Shown: positions 18,568 to 29,488, counted from the first letter of the stretch. The stretch is 62,145 nucleotides of DNA from an uncultured bacterium (GCA_964448115.1 CAYUVA010000023.1:1-62145); one strand, 5' to 3'. The notes: generated by a model not told the origin, from the letters alone. Numbers and translations: made by a program.

Positions 18568-18662
18568 CCCCTTGCTGAATCGATATTAGCAATACATATT
18601 GTCATACCTTGACTATATTTGTTACCAAACAATCAAGCCTAACCATTTTTATCCTTAATTTA

Positions 18663-18691
18663 AATATAAGTATATGGGCAAGTTAAGTCAA
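18663..18691 (-). promoter_or_regulatory. Sigma70 promoter upstream of the membrane protein and pentapeptide genes
   Basis: Minus strand TTGACT-N17-TATATT. Confidence 0.5.
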
Positions 18692-18746
18692 CAGAAAAAC
18701 AGGAATAGATAACTTACTCCCATTAAAAATTGTAAACCAGCTCCAC

Positions 18747-18941
18747 TCAGCCGGCTGCTTTTTGGATCTTACCTGCCTTGATACACTTGGTGCATACATA
18801 AATCCTTCTAGTGCCGCCGTTATCGCGAACTCGCACCCGTTGAAGATTCACATTGAATCTTCTTTTAGTAACATTATGAGCATGGCTGATGTTATGTCCA
18901 TACATGGGTCTTTTTCCACATACATGGCAAACCTTTGACAT
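18747..18941 (-). CDS. rpmB: 50S ribosomal protein L28 (Zn-binding form)
   Basis: [30 protein letters not shown]...[18 protein letters not shown]. Confidence 0.97.
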   Translation of the reverse strand: MSKVCHVCGKRPMYGHNISHAHNVTKRRFNVNLQRVRVRDNGGTRRIYVCTKCIKAGKIQKAAG

Positions 18942-19141
18942 ATCTATATCATCCTTTCGTCCGCTATGTTATTTTCATTACAGCAAGCTAAGAGTATTGC
19001 GTAATTCTTATAAAAAAGCAAGCCTTTTATCAGTTAAATTTTAATTCCGACATAAGAGATGAAAAAATGCATAGCAGGTTAGCTAAAAGCGAGAATTACA
19101 CGGAAGAATCGCAGACTCAACTGATAAGCTTTAAACCCTAC

Positions 19142-19191
19142 TGTCATGCCAGCAAAGCCTGTCCTCGCCAAGGTAAGGAGCGGGCATCCAG
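19142..19191. repeat. GTCAT..GC...GCGGG.ATCCAG REP-like palindromic half-element
   Basis: TGTCATGCCAGCAAAGCCTGTCCTCGCCAAGGTAAGGAGCGGGCATCCAG; begins like the element at 33648. Confidence 0.4.
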
Positions 19192-19235
19192 CCTTAAAAT
19201 GCTTAAGTGAATAGCATTAGCCTAAAGCACCAAGC

Positions 19236-21845
19236 CTACTTTGCCAGCTCTGGCTTGGAGGTAATGATGACCATTGTATAATTATTAAGGTACTTCTTGG
19301 CTGCCTGCATGACATCCTTTGCCTCCAGCGAGTTGATCCTTTTCTCCAGGTCATCGAAGTTCTTGTAACCAAGCCCGAACAGCTCATCGGTGGCGCGTTT
19401 CTCTGCCTGATCGCCATTGGTCTGACTTCCATAGACCATCTTGGCAGTGAGAACCATGTTTTTCCCCCGCTGAAGCTCATCATCGGGGACTGGCTCCGAT
19501 TTTATTCTTTCTAGCTCTTCGAGGATAATATCTCGAGTTTTGAGTATCTCCTCCGGGGCAGAGGCAGCGTATATGCCGAAATACCCTTTATCATTCAAAG
19601 GTGCATCATAGGCATGGATTGCATATACGAGCTGGCTGTTGCGAAGCCTATCATGCAGCCTTCCGCCTGGCATATACATGCCTGAAAGAACAGCATCCAA
19701 CAGCATCAGGTCATAGCGATCCTTCTCTTTCCGATTGATGCCCTCGAAGCCGAAGAATATGAAAGCCTGCGCCTTATCGAGTTTCTCAATGAATACCTCG
19801 TTCTTGGTATGGTGAATTGATCGGTTGAAGCGAGGTGGCTTGAAGTTGATAGCCTTAAAGTCGGCGAATTCATTATCAACCAGCTTTTTCATGTCTCTTT
19901 CATTGATATCCCCGAAGATAGCCATGACCATGTTATCAGGCACACAGTACTTGCTATGGAATCCAAACAGCGCGCTTTGGTCTATTCGTTTAATGCCCTT
20001 CTCGGTTCCAAGTTTAATCCTTGAATAGGGATGACCCTTCTTGAAGTTCTTTTCCAGGAATATGCTGAAGGCTGCACCCCAAGGATCATCGAGGTATCTT
20101 TGGATCTCGTTTAGCACCACTTTCTTTTCCTTCTCGATCTCATCCAGCGAGAAAGCAGGGTACATTATGATATCAGCAAGCAGATCCATCATTATCTCGC
20201 TGTCCTCAGCCAGGAAACTGGCATGGACTCCGAAGCTGTCGTATCCACCTTCGGTCCAGAGCTTGGCGCCTAGGGAATCGACCAGAGATGCTATATCCTG
20301 CGCGGTGCGGCTAGTTGTACCTTTCTTGAGCATCCTTGCCATGAAGTTGTTGATACCGGCTACCTTCTCATCCTCGACACGCAAGCCGGCATTGAAATAG
20401 ATTCGAACTTCAACGGTCGGTGCAATCGAATTCTCCTTTGTTAACAAGGTAATGCCATTGGAGAGCCTGTGGCGGGAAACATCTGAGATACTTGATTTCT
20501 TTGCCTGGTAGGTCTCCTTCTCCAACTTTTGCGCCATCTCTTTTGGAACCAAGGCGGTAGTGGTCATATTATCTTCTTTAAGGTATTTCTTGGCAACTCG
20601 CAGGATATCCTCGGCAGTAACCCTGTTTATGTTCTCGACATAGACCTTAGAATAATCGGGATCTCCCATTGCCATTACATCATATCCGATGCTTCTTGCC
20701 TGATCCTCAACCCTCTGGTTTTGGAAGTAGTAATCGCTCAGCTTCTGTTTCTTTGCCACCTCCAGCTCCTGCTCGGTTACCAGCGTATTGGTTACCAGCT
20801 CTAATTCTTCCATTATTGCCTTTTCGGCAAGCTCGAAGAATTCGGGTTTCATCTCTGCATAGACGAGGAATATACCCCCATCATAGTTGGGTGTGTAGCT
20901 GCTGGTACTGATTGCGCTTACCAGCCCGCGCTGGTCTTTTATCTTCTTGACCAGTCGGCTGCTGTCCCCATTGGAGAGGATATAAGAGAGCACATCCAGC
21001 GGATAAAGATCCGGGTGTTGATAAGGCACGGTATGAAATCCCTTGTACAGATAAACCAGCTTCGTATCCCAACCCTTGATAGCTCTCCTGGGCGCATTTT
21101 GTGGCGGTTCGGTAGGGATGGTTACGGGGAGAAGGGTACGGCGGGGGAACTGCTCGCACATCTGCTCGATAGTCTCCATTGCCCTCTGTGCATCAACATC
21201 ACCAACCACTACCAGGACTGTATTTTCTGGCACATATCTTTTCTGGTAGTATTTTAATATATCATCTCGGGTCAAACCCTTGAATAGCTCCTCGTACCCG
21301 ATCACAGGATATCGAGTAGGATGCACCAAGAACATGGTCTCATATAGAAAATTCCATCCTGCATGTTGGATATCGTCATAGGTATGCCTGATCTCGTTTA
21401 ATATTATGCCCCTTTGTGTCTCCACCTCTTCTTCTGGAAAGGTGGCATTGAATACGCCATCGAGGGTGAGATCGAGTGCCTTCTCGAAGTTCTGCGCTGC
21501 CGTGGTGCGGTAGTAGCCGGTTACATTCTTGGAGGTATAGGCATTTGCTGCATTGCCCAGTTCCTCATCGATGCGTTCTATCTCCTGTTTGGTGCGGGTC
21601 TTGGTGCCGTCTCCTGCCAGGTGCTCGAAGTAATGGCTGATCCCGGCACCGAGATATTCCTCCTCGTGTATGCTGCCGGTCTTGACAAAGACATGGATGG
21701 TTACGATAGGTGCATTGTGGTTTTCCTTGACCACGGCGATCATGCCGTTGTCCAAGGTCTTCATTAGCGGCGGTTGTGCATAGCTCATTGTTACCGTTCC
21801 TACCAGGATGGTTAACATTAATAGTTTAATTATCGGATTCTTCAT
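19236..21845 (-). CDS. Secreted M16-family zinc peptidase (PqqL/pitrilysin-like)
   Basis: Signal peptide; inverted zinc motif HYFEH; ANAYTS; second M16 half lacks HxxEH. Confidence 0.93.
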   Translation of the reverse strand: MKNPIIKLLMLTILVGTVTMSYAQPPLMKTLDNGMIAVVKENHNAPIVTIHVFVKTGSIHEEEYLGAGISHYFEHLAGDGTKTRTKQEIERIDEELGNAANAYTSKNVTGYYRTTAAQNFEKALDLTLDGVFNATFPEEEVETQRGIILNEIRHTYDDIQHAGWNFLYETMFLVHPTRYPVIGYEELFKGLTRDDILKYYQKRYVPENTVLVVVGDVDAQRAMETIEQMCEQFPRRTLLPVTIPTEPPQNAPRRAIKGWDTKLVYLYKGFHTVPYQHPDLYPLDVLSYILSNGDSSRLVKKIKDQRGLVSAISTSSYTPNYDGGIFLVYAEMKPEFFELAEKAIMEELELVTNTLVTEQELEVAKKQKLSDYYFQNQRVEDQARSIGYDVMAMGDPDYSKVYVENINRVTAEDILRVAKKYLKEDNMTTTALVPKEMAQKLEKETYQAKKSSISDVSRHRLSNGITLLTKENSIAPTVEVRIYFNAGLRVEDEKVAGINNFMARMLKKGTTSRTAQDIASLVDSLGAKLWTEGGYDSFGVHASFLAEDSEIMMDLLADIIMYPAFSLDEIEKEKKVVLNEIQRYLDDPWGAAFSIFLEKNFKKGHPYSRIKLGTEKGIKRIDQSALFGFHSKYCVPDNMVMAIFGDINERDMKKLVDNEFADFKAINFKPPRFNRSIHHTKNEVFIEKLDKAQAFIFFGFEGINRKEKDRYDLMLLDAVLSGMYMPGGRLHDRLRNSQLVYAIHAYDAPLNDKGYFGIYAASAPEEILKTRDIILEELERIKSEPVPDDELQRGKNMVLTAKMVYGSQTNGDQAEKRATDELFGLGYKNFDDLEKRINSLEAKDVMQAAKKYLNNYTMVIITSKPELAK

Positions 21846-21895
21846 TTATCGACTCCTTTATGATTATAGGTCTTTGCAATTTAAAAAAAGTTACA

Positions 21896-22900
21896 TTAGC
21901 TATTACTCCTGAGCAATCCCATCGCCTCCTTGACCGTTTCCATAGTCTGGTTGGCGACCTGGTTGGCTTTCTTACTACCCTCTTTAAGCACATCCATCAC
22001 ATAGTTTTTATTTGTTAAAAGCTCCTTGCGTCTTTGTTGGTGTGGCTCCAGGTATTTCACCAGGTTGTCAGCGAGCATCTTCTTGTCCTCAACGCAGCCG
22101 ATGCCAGCCTTACGGCATTCTTCATTGACCATCTCGCACTGCTCCTTGCTGGAGAAGAACTTGTGGTACGAGTAAACATTGCAAATCTCAGGATTGCCGG
22201 GGTCTTTCTTCGTTTTCCTGGCTGGATCGGTGATCATCTGCATCACTTTCTGCCTTATAAACTCCGGGGAATCACTGAGCAAAATGGAGTTGTTGTAGCT
22301 CTTGCTCATCTTTCTATTATCAATGCCAAGCAGCTTGGGAAACTCGGTGAGCTTAGCCTGTGGTTCTGGCAGGATTTCCTTCCCGTATAGGTGATTGAAT
22401 CTCCGCGCCACCTCCCTGGTAAGCTCTATATGAAAAAGCTGATCCTCTCCGACTGGCACCAGGTTAGCCCGGTATATCAGTATGTCCGCTGCCTGCATCA
22501 ATGGATACTGCAAGAAGCCGATGGTGGTAAGGTCCTTACCCTCGATCTCGGCGATCTGCTGCTTGTAGGTGGGTACCCTCTCCAGCCAGGGGATTGGGGT
22601 AATGAAGCTGAACAACAGGGTTAACTCGGCATGAGCCGGCACCCAGGACTGAATGAAGATGGTCGCCTTCTCTGGCGAGATGCCCGCAGCCATAAGATCG
22701 ACCATGTTATCGAATGTCCACTCTCGAATCAGGCTAGGATCGCTATATTCGGTGGTCAGGGCGTGGTTGTCAGCCGAGAAGTAGAAGCAATCATACTGAT
22801 CCTGCATTGCCCGGAAGTTATCCAGCGCACCGAGCAGGTTGCCCAGGTGCAGCTTTCCCGATGGTCGAAGACCGCTTAATACTCGTAGCTTTTGGGTCAT
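21896..22900 (-). CDS. trpS: Tryptophan-tRNA ligase
   Basis: SGLRPSGKLHLGN, YPLMQAADIL, VPVGEDQ, KMSKS. Confidence 0.98.
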   Translation of the reverse strand: MTQKLRVLSGLRPSGKLHLGNLLGALDNFRAMQDQYDCFYFSADNHALTTEYSDPSLIREWTFDNMVDLMAAGISPEKATIFIQSWVPAHAELTLLFSFITPIPWLERVPTYKQQIAEIEGKDLTTIGFLQYPLMQAADILIYRANLVPVGEDQLFHIELTREVARRFNHLYGKEILPEPQAKLTEFPKLLGIDNRKMSKSYNNSILLSDSPEFIRQKVMQMITDPARKTKKDPGNPEICNVYSYHKFFSSKEQCEMVNEECRKAGIGCVEDKKMLADNLVKYLEPHQQRRKELLTNKNYVMDVLKEGSKKANQVANQTMETVKEAMGLLRSNS

Positions 22901-22915
22901 CCTTTTAATTACTCT

Positions 22916-23545
22916 TTAGGCAAGTGGAAAGTTTAACAACAAGGAGCTAATGAAGCCTATTATCGGTCGGATTATGCCATATAGGATGCCGCTTAGCATC
23001 AATAGCACAAGGATCAACATTCCATAAGGCTCCAGCTTGTATATGAACATTGCCTGCTCCCTGGGGAGAATCGCTGCCAGGACACGACTACCGTCAAGCG
23101 GAGGCACCGGGAGTATATTGAACACGGCAAGGACGATATTAAGAATCACACCGTAGAAAAACATCATCATAATCGGCTCAGCTATTGATGCAGATAACCC
23201 ACTCAAAGCAAGCAACCTTAGAAGCAAGGAAAATATCACCGCATTCACCAGGTTTATCACCGGTCCAGCAGCAGCCACTATGCCCATATCGCGCACCGGA
23301 TTCTTGAAGTACCTGGGATCAACCGGAACGGGTTTTGCCCAGCCGAAGTAAAAGATAAACATCATCATAGTCCCAATCACATCGAGGTGTTTTATCGGGT
23401 TAAGGGTAAGCCTGCCTTGCATATCCGCAGTCGGATCGCCTAATCGCTTGGCAACATAGCCATGCATATACTCGTGCACGGTCAGCGCCCATAGAACCAT
23501 CGGTATCATTAGCAGTATCCGCTGCGGATCAAGCCCTGAAAACAT
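22916..23545 (-). CDS. Site-2 protease (M50, YwhC-like)
   Basis: HEYMH, GRLTLNP, FGWAKPVPV, AAAGP, FNILPVPPLDG. Confidence 0.95.
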   Translation of the reverse strand: MFSGLDPQRILLMIPMVLWALTVHEYMHGYVAKRLGDPTADMQGRLTLNPIKHLDVIGTMMMFIFYFGWAKPVPVDPRYFKNPVRDMGIVAAAGPVINLVNAVIFSLLLRLLALSGLSASIAEPIMMMFFYGVILNIVLAVFNILPVPPLDGSRVLAAILPREQAMFIYKLEPYGMLILVLLMLSGILYGIIRPIIGFISSLLLNFPLA

Positions 23546-23619
23546 TATACCTAGCTCCTTATTCGCCTTTGCATGTCTTCAATTCCATATAACCTTTAGA
23601 TTATGACCCATATTCCTCA

Positions 23620-25686
23620 TTAAGGCAAGTGGTAGGTATTGGAGACATAGGTGCTCATGCCGGTGCCATCGCTCACCACCTGATGCTTTCCATCAGGGAA
23701 TGCCCTGACTAAGGCTAAAAGGACGCTAAGTCGCTGCCATGCCTTGACTCCGCTGGTTATCACAAAAGTACATGGGGTATTGAGTTCGCCTGAATCGAGG
23801 CCTTCGGCGATCTGCTCGGTGCATAAGAATCTGAGCCTTTCTCCCAGCCCAAATCCGCGAACTCTCAGGTCCATCAATATCTCCTCGCTGCAGTTACCGG
23901 ATATCCAGTATATGGTATGGTTTCCGGGTGCTTGCTGGGCAGCCTTCATATCAATGTTTGCCGGCTTATAGCGGTAGTTGGCAGGGACGAACAGATAATG
24001 ATGATAAAGATTTGCTGCAAGTACTATCGGCAGGATCGCTGTAACGGAAAGCAATGTCCTTTTATCGAAGCCATCATGCCCGATGTGCAAGCTCTTGATC
24101 AACTCACTTGCAGCCACCCCGGCAAACAGTGCCCAGAAGACCCAAAGGATATGCAGCCTAGTGATGTTGTAAACTGCCCGATCCTGGTTGATTACAGCCA
24201 CGAATGCTAATGTAACCAGATATAACAAGGCTATAATAAGCCCTATCGGCTCCCGATGAGCCTTGAATAACAAGGAGAAGAAGCCGAGAATGACCAGGCA
24301 GCCACTGATCGCATCGAGAATATCACCCGCCTCATAATGACCACAAGCGCGAAATGAGATCGGTATCCTCAGGGCGCTCAGTATCTTGGCAGTGGTCATA
24401 TTCCTGCTCACCTTAAGTTCCAGCTTTTGGGGCGCATTATCCCAGTCTGGGCGGAAGACCGGGGCATCGATTAGATTAAGCGGTACCAGAAGATTAACTA
24501 TAAATCCCTTTGTATTGCTTTGGGCTAAAAGGGGCATGAATGCCACCATAAAGCCGATAATAATGACAAACAACATGATTGTCGAGCGCCGCGGAGAATT
24601 GAACAAATAGAATAATGTTATGGCTATGATATAAAAAATCACTATACGCGAGGGATGGTATATATAATAGCCAAGCCCAGCCACCAATCCGGACCAGAAT
24701 GCTAAGACATAATTGCCATCCCTAAGCGCCCATAGAGCCAAAAACAACCCCAAGGCTGCCGGGAAGATAACCATCGCATTGTCATATCCGATGTGAGAAA
24801 AGGAGATATTATAATGAGCAAAGGCGTAGATGCAGACCCCTATGATCGCTGCGGTCATCCCTGCCAGCAGCCTTACCAGGAGATATATCGGCAGTATCGA
24901 TGCCAGGGTTATTATCACCGAGCTAGCCTTCCAGCTAAAGATCCCACAACCGAGAACCTTCATTATCGCCGCCATGATGATGTAAACCAGATCCGGATGG
25001 TAGCTGTAGCCTCCACCGAAATAATTCAAGTCAAGAAGTATGAATGAAAACGGTTTGTTACAATTGACCGAGCCGGTCTCGTAAAAGCCCCATTCATCCC
25101 CGATACTCGAGAATCTCCATGACAGTAGGTCATTGGTGTAGATAAGATAGCAGCCGATTATTAGACAACCCAAGAAGATAACCTCTTTGTAGCCTATCGG
25201 CGACCTGAGCCGCTTCATCTGCGCAAGCTCATAGAGCGCAAAGCCGATGCTGATGATTGCTATACTGCAAAGCCAAAGATATAGATGCCATCTCTTGTAA
25301 TTGCTTCCATGAAGCGAGACCGACTGGTAGCTGACCATGGTCAAGCCGATAATGATGAGAAATGCTGACACGATTCTGCGCTGTTTGCCGCCTTCTATCT
25401 TGGGCATTGATAGCTCCAGGCGGCGATGTGAATTGGCTACTCCGAAGATTAACCCGCCTAGCACCACAAGCATCAAACCTAAAGAATACAGGCTGCCAAA
25501 CCGTTTTATGGAGATGATAAACAATGCCAATTCCCTTATCTTGTGCACCAGACCTTCAAACCAGGGGAAGGTCCTTACAAAGCAAACCTGGTCTGAATAC
25601 TCGGTAAAGGTTAGAAGCAGCAGCTTACCGAGTATTGCGAGTGCTATGGCTGTAACTACAAGATATATTTGGAGTTTTTTAGGCAT
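23620..25686 (-). CDS. ArnT/PMT-like (GT-C) membrane glycosyltransferase
   Basis: Many TM helices; loop 'SIGDEWGF' DE motif; GLGYYIYHPSR motif; C-terminal soluble domain. Confidence 0.7.
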   Translation of the reverse strand: MPKKLQIYLVVTAIALAILGKLLLLTFTEYSDQVCFVRTFPWFEGLVHKIRELALFIISIKRFGSLYSLGLMLVVLGGLIFGVANSHRRLELSMPKIEGGKQRRIVSAFLIIIGLTMVSYQSVSLHGSNYKRWHLYLWLCSIAIISIGFALYELAQMKRLRSPIGYKEVIFLGCLIIGCYLIYTNDLLSWRFSSIGDEWGFYETGSVNCNKPFSFILLDLNYFGGGYSYHPDLVYIIMAAIMKVLGCGIFSWKASSVIITLASILPIYLLVRLLAGMTAAIIGVCIYAFAHYNISFSHIGYDNAMVIFPAALGLFLALWALRDGNYVLAFWSGLVAGLGYYIYHPSRIVIFYIIAITLFYLFNSPRRSTIMLFVIIIGFMVAFMPLLAQSNTKGFIVNLLVPLNLIDAPVFRPDWDNAPQKLELKVSRNMTTAKILSALRIPISFRACGHYEAGDILDAISGCLVILGFFSLLFKAHREPIGLIIALLYLVTLAFVAVINQDRAVYNITRLHILWVFWALFAGVAASELIKSLHIGHDGFDKRTLLSVTAILPIVLAANLYHHYLFVPANYRYKPANIDMKAAQQAPGNHTIYWISGNCSEEILMDLRVRGFGLGERLRFLCTEQIAEGLDSGELNTPCTFVITSGVKAWQRLSVLLALVRAFPDGKHQVVSDGTGMSTYVSNTYHLP

Positions 25687-25773
25687 TTCTTAGGATTTCC
25701 ATCATAGTATATATGTTATTGCGATATTGTTTCTGTTTTCTTTGCGTTTGTTGCACCTCGCATGATTTACTTT

Positions 25774-25799
25774 CTTTGTGCCTTTGTGCCCTAGTGTTT
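25774..25799 (-). repeat. Dispersed repeat copy (CTTTGTGCCTTTGTG family)
   Basis: CTTTGTGCCTTTGTGCCCTAGTGTTT, ~30 nt downstream of the peptidase MA stop. Confidence 0.55.
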
Positions 25800-25828
25800 A
25801 GAGAGCTTGCAACTGAGACTGCCATCGA

Positions 25829-26827
25829 TCAATGGTATCCCCAATAACCGCCGTCTTCGAGCATCTCTTCCCATTCCATCTGTTTCAGCCTTTTCTTGTC
25901 ATGGCGCTTTTTACGAAAATAAATATACAGGAAAAGTATGGTCAATCCTCCCCAAAGTGTGCCGACGCTTGTAACTACTGGTATCCATCCGTATTTTATC
26001 TTGATTAGTCGCAGCCAGCTCTCCTCGACCATGTAGAATGGGACACCGCCGGTCGCCTGCCGAAATGCGGTGTGGAACGAGGCGCCCTGGCTAAGCCCTT
26101 GCAGTATCCTTCCGACCGCCTCTTTGCCGTACTTTTTGATGAAGTAGGACACAAAATGGAGGCTTTGCGTGTAGGCAATCCTGGCTTGGCGCTCTGTTGC
26201 GGGAAATGAATCTGTTAGGTCGGGGAATGGAATAAGCTGCTTGCCGAGATAAAACGATGATAACAGGGCGGACTGGCTCAAGTCCCAGTCCTTGGCGAAA
26301 TACTGTGCCAGACCTTCATTGAGCCATACCGGTATCTGATCGTAATACCTGCCCAAGCGCATGAAGATCAGGACATGACAAAGCTCGTGAGCCAAGGTGC
26401 CACCGTACATTATGGGGCCGCCTTTGGGGGCTTGGGGACCTCGCAGGGCGATGATGTTGGTAACCGGGTGGGCTGTTGCAGCCACGAAATCGGCTATGTA
26501 GCCGCCATGAAGGTAGGCGAAGTCATCATCAGTATAAGCTAAAAAGATGATGATCTGGTCTCTGGGCAAATAACCGAGCACCCCTGACATCTGCTGTAGG
26601 GTCTTCTCTGCCAGATGGAGCAGCTTGCTGGCAGCCTTTTCATCATCAGGGTGGTATCGAATGATGAAGTGCTCCGATTGGCGCGAACGCGGAAAACGCT
26701 TTCTTAGTTCCTTGGGATCCAACGCGGTGTGGGCAGCCTGAAATGCTCCTAGTAAAAGGATGGCTGACACTGCCAGAAAAGCCAGCGACCATGGATTAAG
26801 AAATCTTCTATTGGTGCCCGTTATCAA
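25829..26827 (-). CDS. Peptidase MA-like zinc metallopeptidase, membrane anchored
   Basis: Signal peptide; LAHELCH...IPVWLNEGLAQY; AYTQSLHFV; C-terminal TM helix plus basic tail. Confidence 0.85.
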   Translation of the reverse strand: MITGTNRRFLNPWSLAFLAVSAILLLGAFQAAHTALDPKELRKRFPRSRQSEHFIIRYHPDDEKAASKLLHLAEKTLQQMSGVLGYLPRDQIIIFLAYTDDDFAYLHGGYIADFVAATAHPVTNIIALRGPQAPKGGPIMYGGTLAHELCHVLIFMRLGRYYDQIPVWLNEGLAQYFAKDWDLSQSALLSSFYLGKQLIPFPDLTDSFPATERQARIAYTQSLHFVSYFIKKYGKEAVGRILQGLSQGASFHTAFRQATGGVPFYMVEESWLRLIKIKYGWIPVVTSVGTLWGGLTILFLYIYFRKKRHDKKRLKQMEWEEMLEDGGYWGYH

Positions 26828-28356
26828 AGCTTCGAGAGGTCAACCTTGCCGTTTTTCTTCATCTCCAGGTATTTTTGCAGCTTGTCCTGGTCGGTTATTA
26901 TGCGGTAAGCCTTTTTCAGTGCCTGCCTGATTTTTTCTATCTCGCCCTTGCTGAGCATGTTTTTGAGGTTATCATAATTCTCCATTGAGTAAATGGAGAT
27001 CAGTCGATTGAAGTTTTTCTCTATTGTTGACGGCGAGCTGGCTCGACTGACATTCAAGATGCCATAAACATCGTTGTCTTGTATATAGCTTCGCATTAGG
27101 CTTAATTGAGCTTGGCTAACTTTTTTCTCACTTTCGAGGTTCTTGATTGGTGCAGGTTTTTTAAGCTTTTTTTGTTTTGCCTTTTTGGGTGATTGCAGGC
27201 GGATGAAATTCTCCTGGAGGAGTTTTGCGATCATCCGTTTTGTCTGTGCTAGTGTCATGCCGCTAACCACCGACAATCCCTTGAGGTTGGTTACTCCATC
27301 GATTCGACTAAGCAGATATCCCTCTTTTTCGCTTAAATTAACATTGCTTAAAAACTCGGATGTCAAAGATATATTAAGCACAGGTATTACATTCTCGTCA
27401 TCGAGCATTTCAATGGAATCCATTCTCAATGGTGCTGTATCATTCACCTCGGCAGGTGGTTTACTGGCAGTTTCAATTCTCTTTATCCCGTTTTGAATAT
27501 CCGAGGTGGTTTTATTTTTAGCCTTGGCAGTTCGATTCTCCAAGCCAATGGCAGAGATTTTCTCCTTTCTTCTTGCCTCTTGACTTAAGAAATTGCGATG
27601 TTCTTCCGAAGCGCCTTGTTTGCGCTCCGATGCGGGTATAACCGGTTCATCTTTCTGAATGTTCAAGATCCCGAGGTCGAGAAGCTTAACAATCGAGCTA
27701 CAAACCTCATAGTCATCGGCGGTAAGTGCGTCCATGCCATCGATTATACGCATTGCTGACTCGAATTTTTTTATAACAGCTCGATCCATGGCCTCCAGAG
27801 ACTCTTGTTCAGTCCCATCGAGGGCTTTACGGTCAACAACCAATACGGTCTCCGCCTCGGGGAGTTTCTCAATGAACTCTTGCCACTTGGCGATCCTTTT
27901 TCTTGATGAGAGGACTAGCTCCTGGAAATCGATCCTAAAGACGAGATCTCCAGCAACCAGGTCAGATTTCTCCCTGAACTTGAATCTTCCATGGTGATAC
28001 ACAAATAGCCGTTGTAGTAGTGTTTCAGCGTTCTTCTGATAGTACTTTGCCAACTGCTGATTATCTATTTTTGCCTGCTGGGCAATGCAAGAAATCAGAT
28101 CGCTTTTTTTCTTTTTATGCTCTTGTAGTGCCTTTCTAAGGCATTCTGCATCGATTACGTGGCTGCGAAGCAAGTATTGGCCGATATGATCCTTGAGCCT
28201 GGTGGATCGAAAATGAATTATCTTTCCTTCTGAGAAATAAAACTTATAGACCTCTTTCCCGATAAAAATCTCCAGTACGCCCGATAGCTCCCACAGATTC
28301 AAGTACTGCAGGATATCGGGAAGAGGCATGGTCTTGAGGTCTCCTCCGAATCCCAT
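26824..28356 (-). CDS. DUF4388/PatA-N domain protein with a C-terminal J-like domain lacking HPD
   Basis: MGFGGDLKTMPLPDILQYL...SGVL...YFSEGKI; LSEKEGYLLSRIDG module; DVYGILNV...AYRIITD. Confidence 0.75.
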   Translation of the reverse strand: MGFGGDLKTMPLPDILQYLNLWELSGVLEIFIGKEVYKFYFSEGKIIHFRSTRLKDHIGQYLLRSHVIDAECLRKALQEHKKKKSDLISCIAQQAKIDNQQLAKYYQKNAETLLQRLFVYHHGRFKFREKSDLVAGDLVFRIDFQELVLSSRKRIAKWQEFIEKLPEAETVLVVDRKALDGTEQESLEAMDRAVIKKFESAMRIIDGMDALTADDYEVCSSIVKLLDLGILNIQKDEPVIPASERKQGASEEHRNFLSQEARRKEKISAIGLENRTAKAKNKTTSDIQNGIKRIETASKPPAEVNDTAPLRMDSIEMLDDENVIPVLNISLTSEFLSNVNLSEKEGYLLSRIDGVTNLKGLSVVSGMTLAQTKRMIAKLLQENFIRLQSPKKAKQKKLKKPAPIKNLESEKKVSQAQLSLMRSYIQDNDVYGILNVSRASSPSTIEKNFNRLISIYSMENYDNLKNMLSKGEIEKIRQALKKAYRIITDQDKLQKYLEMKKNGKVDLSKL

Positions 28357-28551
28357 CAGTTTCCCAATTTTATCATAGATCTTTCCATTATTTTATCACT
28401 AACACGCTTAAATCTCCAAGAGAAATGAAGATACCTATAAATTATGCTCAAAGCAAGTAAATATTAATCGTCATAAACACCTTCTTGGCTATTGTTAAAA
28501 ATTCCTTTTATTGTTACTATCCAACTTAAGGATAACTCAAGGAGAGAAGAT

Positions 28552-29280
28552 ATGGCAGTAACCAGGAAAACATTAAGGGTGCTGATGCAGACAGTTCTCA
28601 TAATAATAGTCGTCGTGCTTATTTTAGCCGTAGGCTTTGATTTCTCGAAGACCTCCAACATTACCGGGCTGGTGGCGGATACAAATACATCCTTGCCAGT
28701 GCCTGATGCCATCGTTTGGATAAAGTACAACGGAAAGACCTCCTTTTCAAAAACGATATATCCCGGTAGCTATGGAGAGCAGTTCGCAGTAACCGATGCG
28801 AACGGCAAATATATTCTGGAGGGTATCCGTCCCTACTTATGTAGCAAACTGATTAAATATCTCCAAGGGGCAACCCTGACCGTATGTCACCCTCAATACC
28901 ATGCCGTAACCGATAATATCGATTATACAAAACCGATCCTGGGATTTCCGGTGAGCGGTTCAGGCAATGACCTTGGTTCCCACAAGACGATCATCAAAGA
29001 TATTGCCCTAGACCCAGCAGGTAGTCTTATTAAGGATGTTACCGATCTGGAAAGATATTACCGCCAGATCCATCACTGCTTCTCACCACTTGGCGGAAGC
29101 ATAATATCCTCGGCATTTAACGCCGGCATCAGGGTGCGCTATCGAGGCAGTAAGGTGATCGAGACCTGGCAGAATGTCTTTGATCTTTTTCCCGACTCCA
29201 AGACCAGCCGACTCCGCTGGCCGGCTCTTAAATACCAGGTTGAGACCTCGCTACGAACCGACCGAAGATTGTATTACTAG
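28552..29280 (+). CDS. Membrane-anchored protein with a carboxypeptidase-regulatory-like (transthyretin-fold) domain
   Basis: N-terminal TM; ITGLVADTNTSLPVPDAIV...TDANGKYILEGI; AGGAG RBS before ATG 28552. Confidence 0.65.
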   Translation: MAVTRKTLRVLMQTVLIIIVVVLILAVGFDFSKTSNITGLVADTNTSLPVPDAIVWIKYNGKTSFSKTIYPGSYGEQFAVTDANGKYILEGIRPYLCSKLIKYLQGATLTVCHPQYHAVTDNIDYTKPILGFPVSGSGNDLGSHKTIIKDIALDPAGSLIKDVTDLERYYRQIHHCFSPLGGSIISSAFNAGIRVRYRGSKVIETWQNVFDLFPDSKTSRLRWPALKYQVETSLRTDRRLYY

Positions 29281-29488
29281 AACATCCTGTATTGCTCGAA
29301 GGAAACGAAGGATTGCAGCGAAATCAAGGTGGCAAGCTGCATAGCGGGAGGCTTGAGGGGAATTTATCTTTTTTATTATTTTTTAGTATAAAAAGGGGAT
29401 CCAACTTATCTACTTAGCCTGATACTGCTTGACAAATGGAGGGGATATGAACACCATTATCAGGGAATTTTTTGCAATGTGTTAGATT

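Noticed and set aside
19027-19128. TTATCAGTT...AACTGATAA inverted repeat upstream of rpmB as a possible ncRNA or leader
   Set aside because: Only 9 bp in AT-rich DNA, with no convincing internal structure or known RNA motif.
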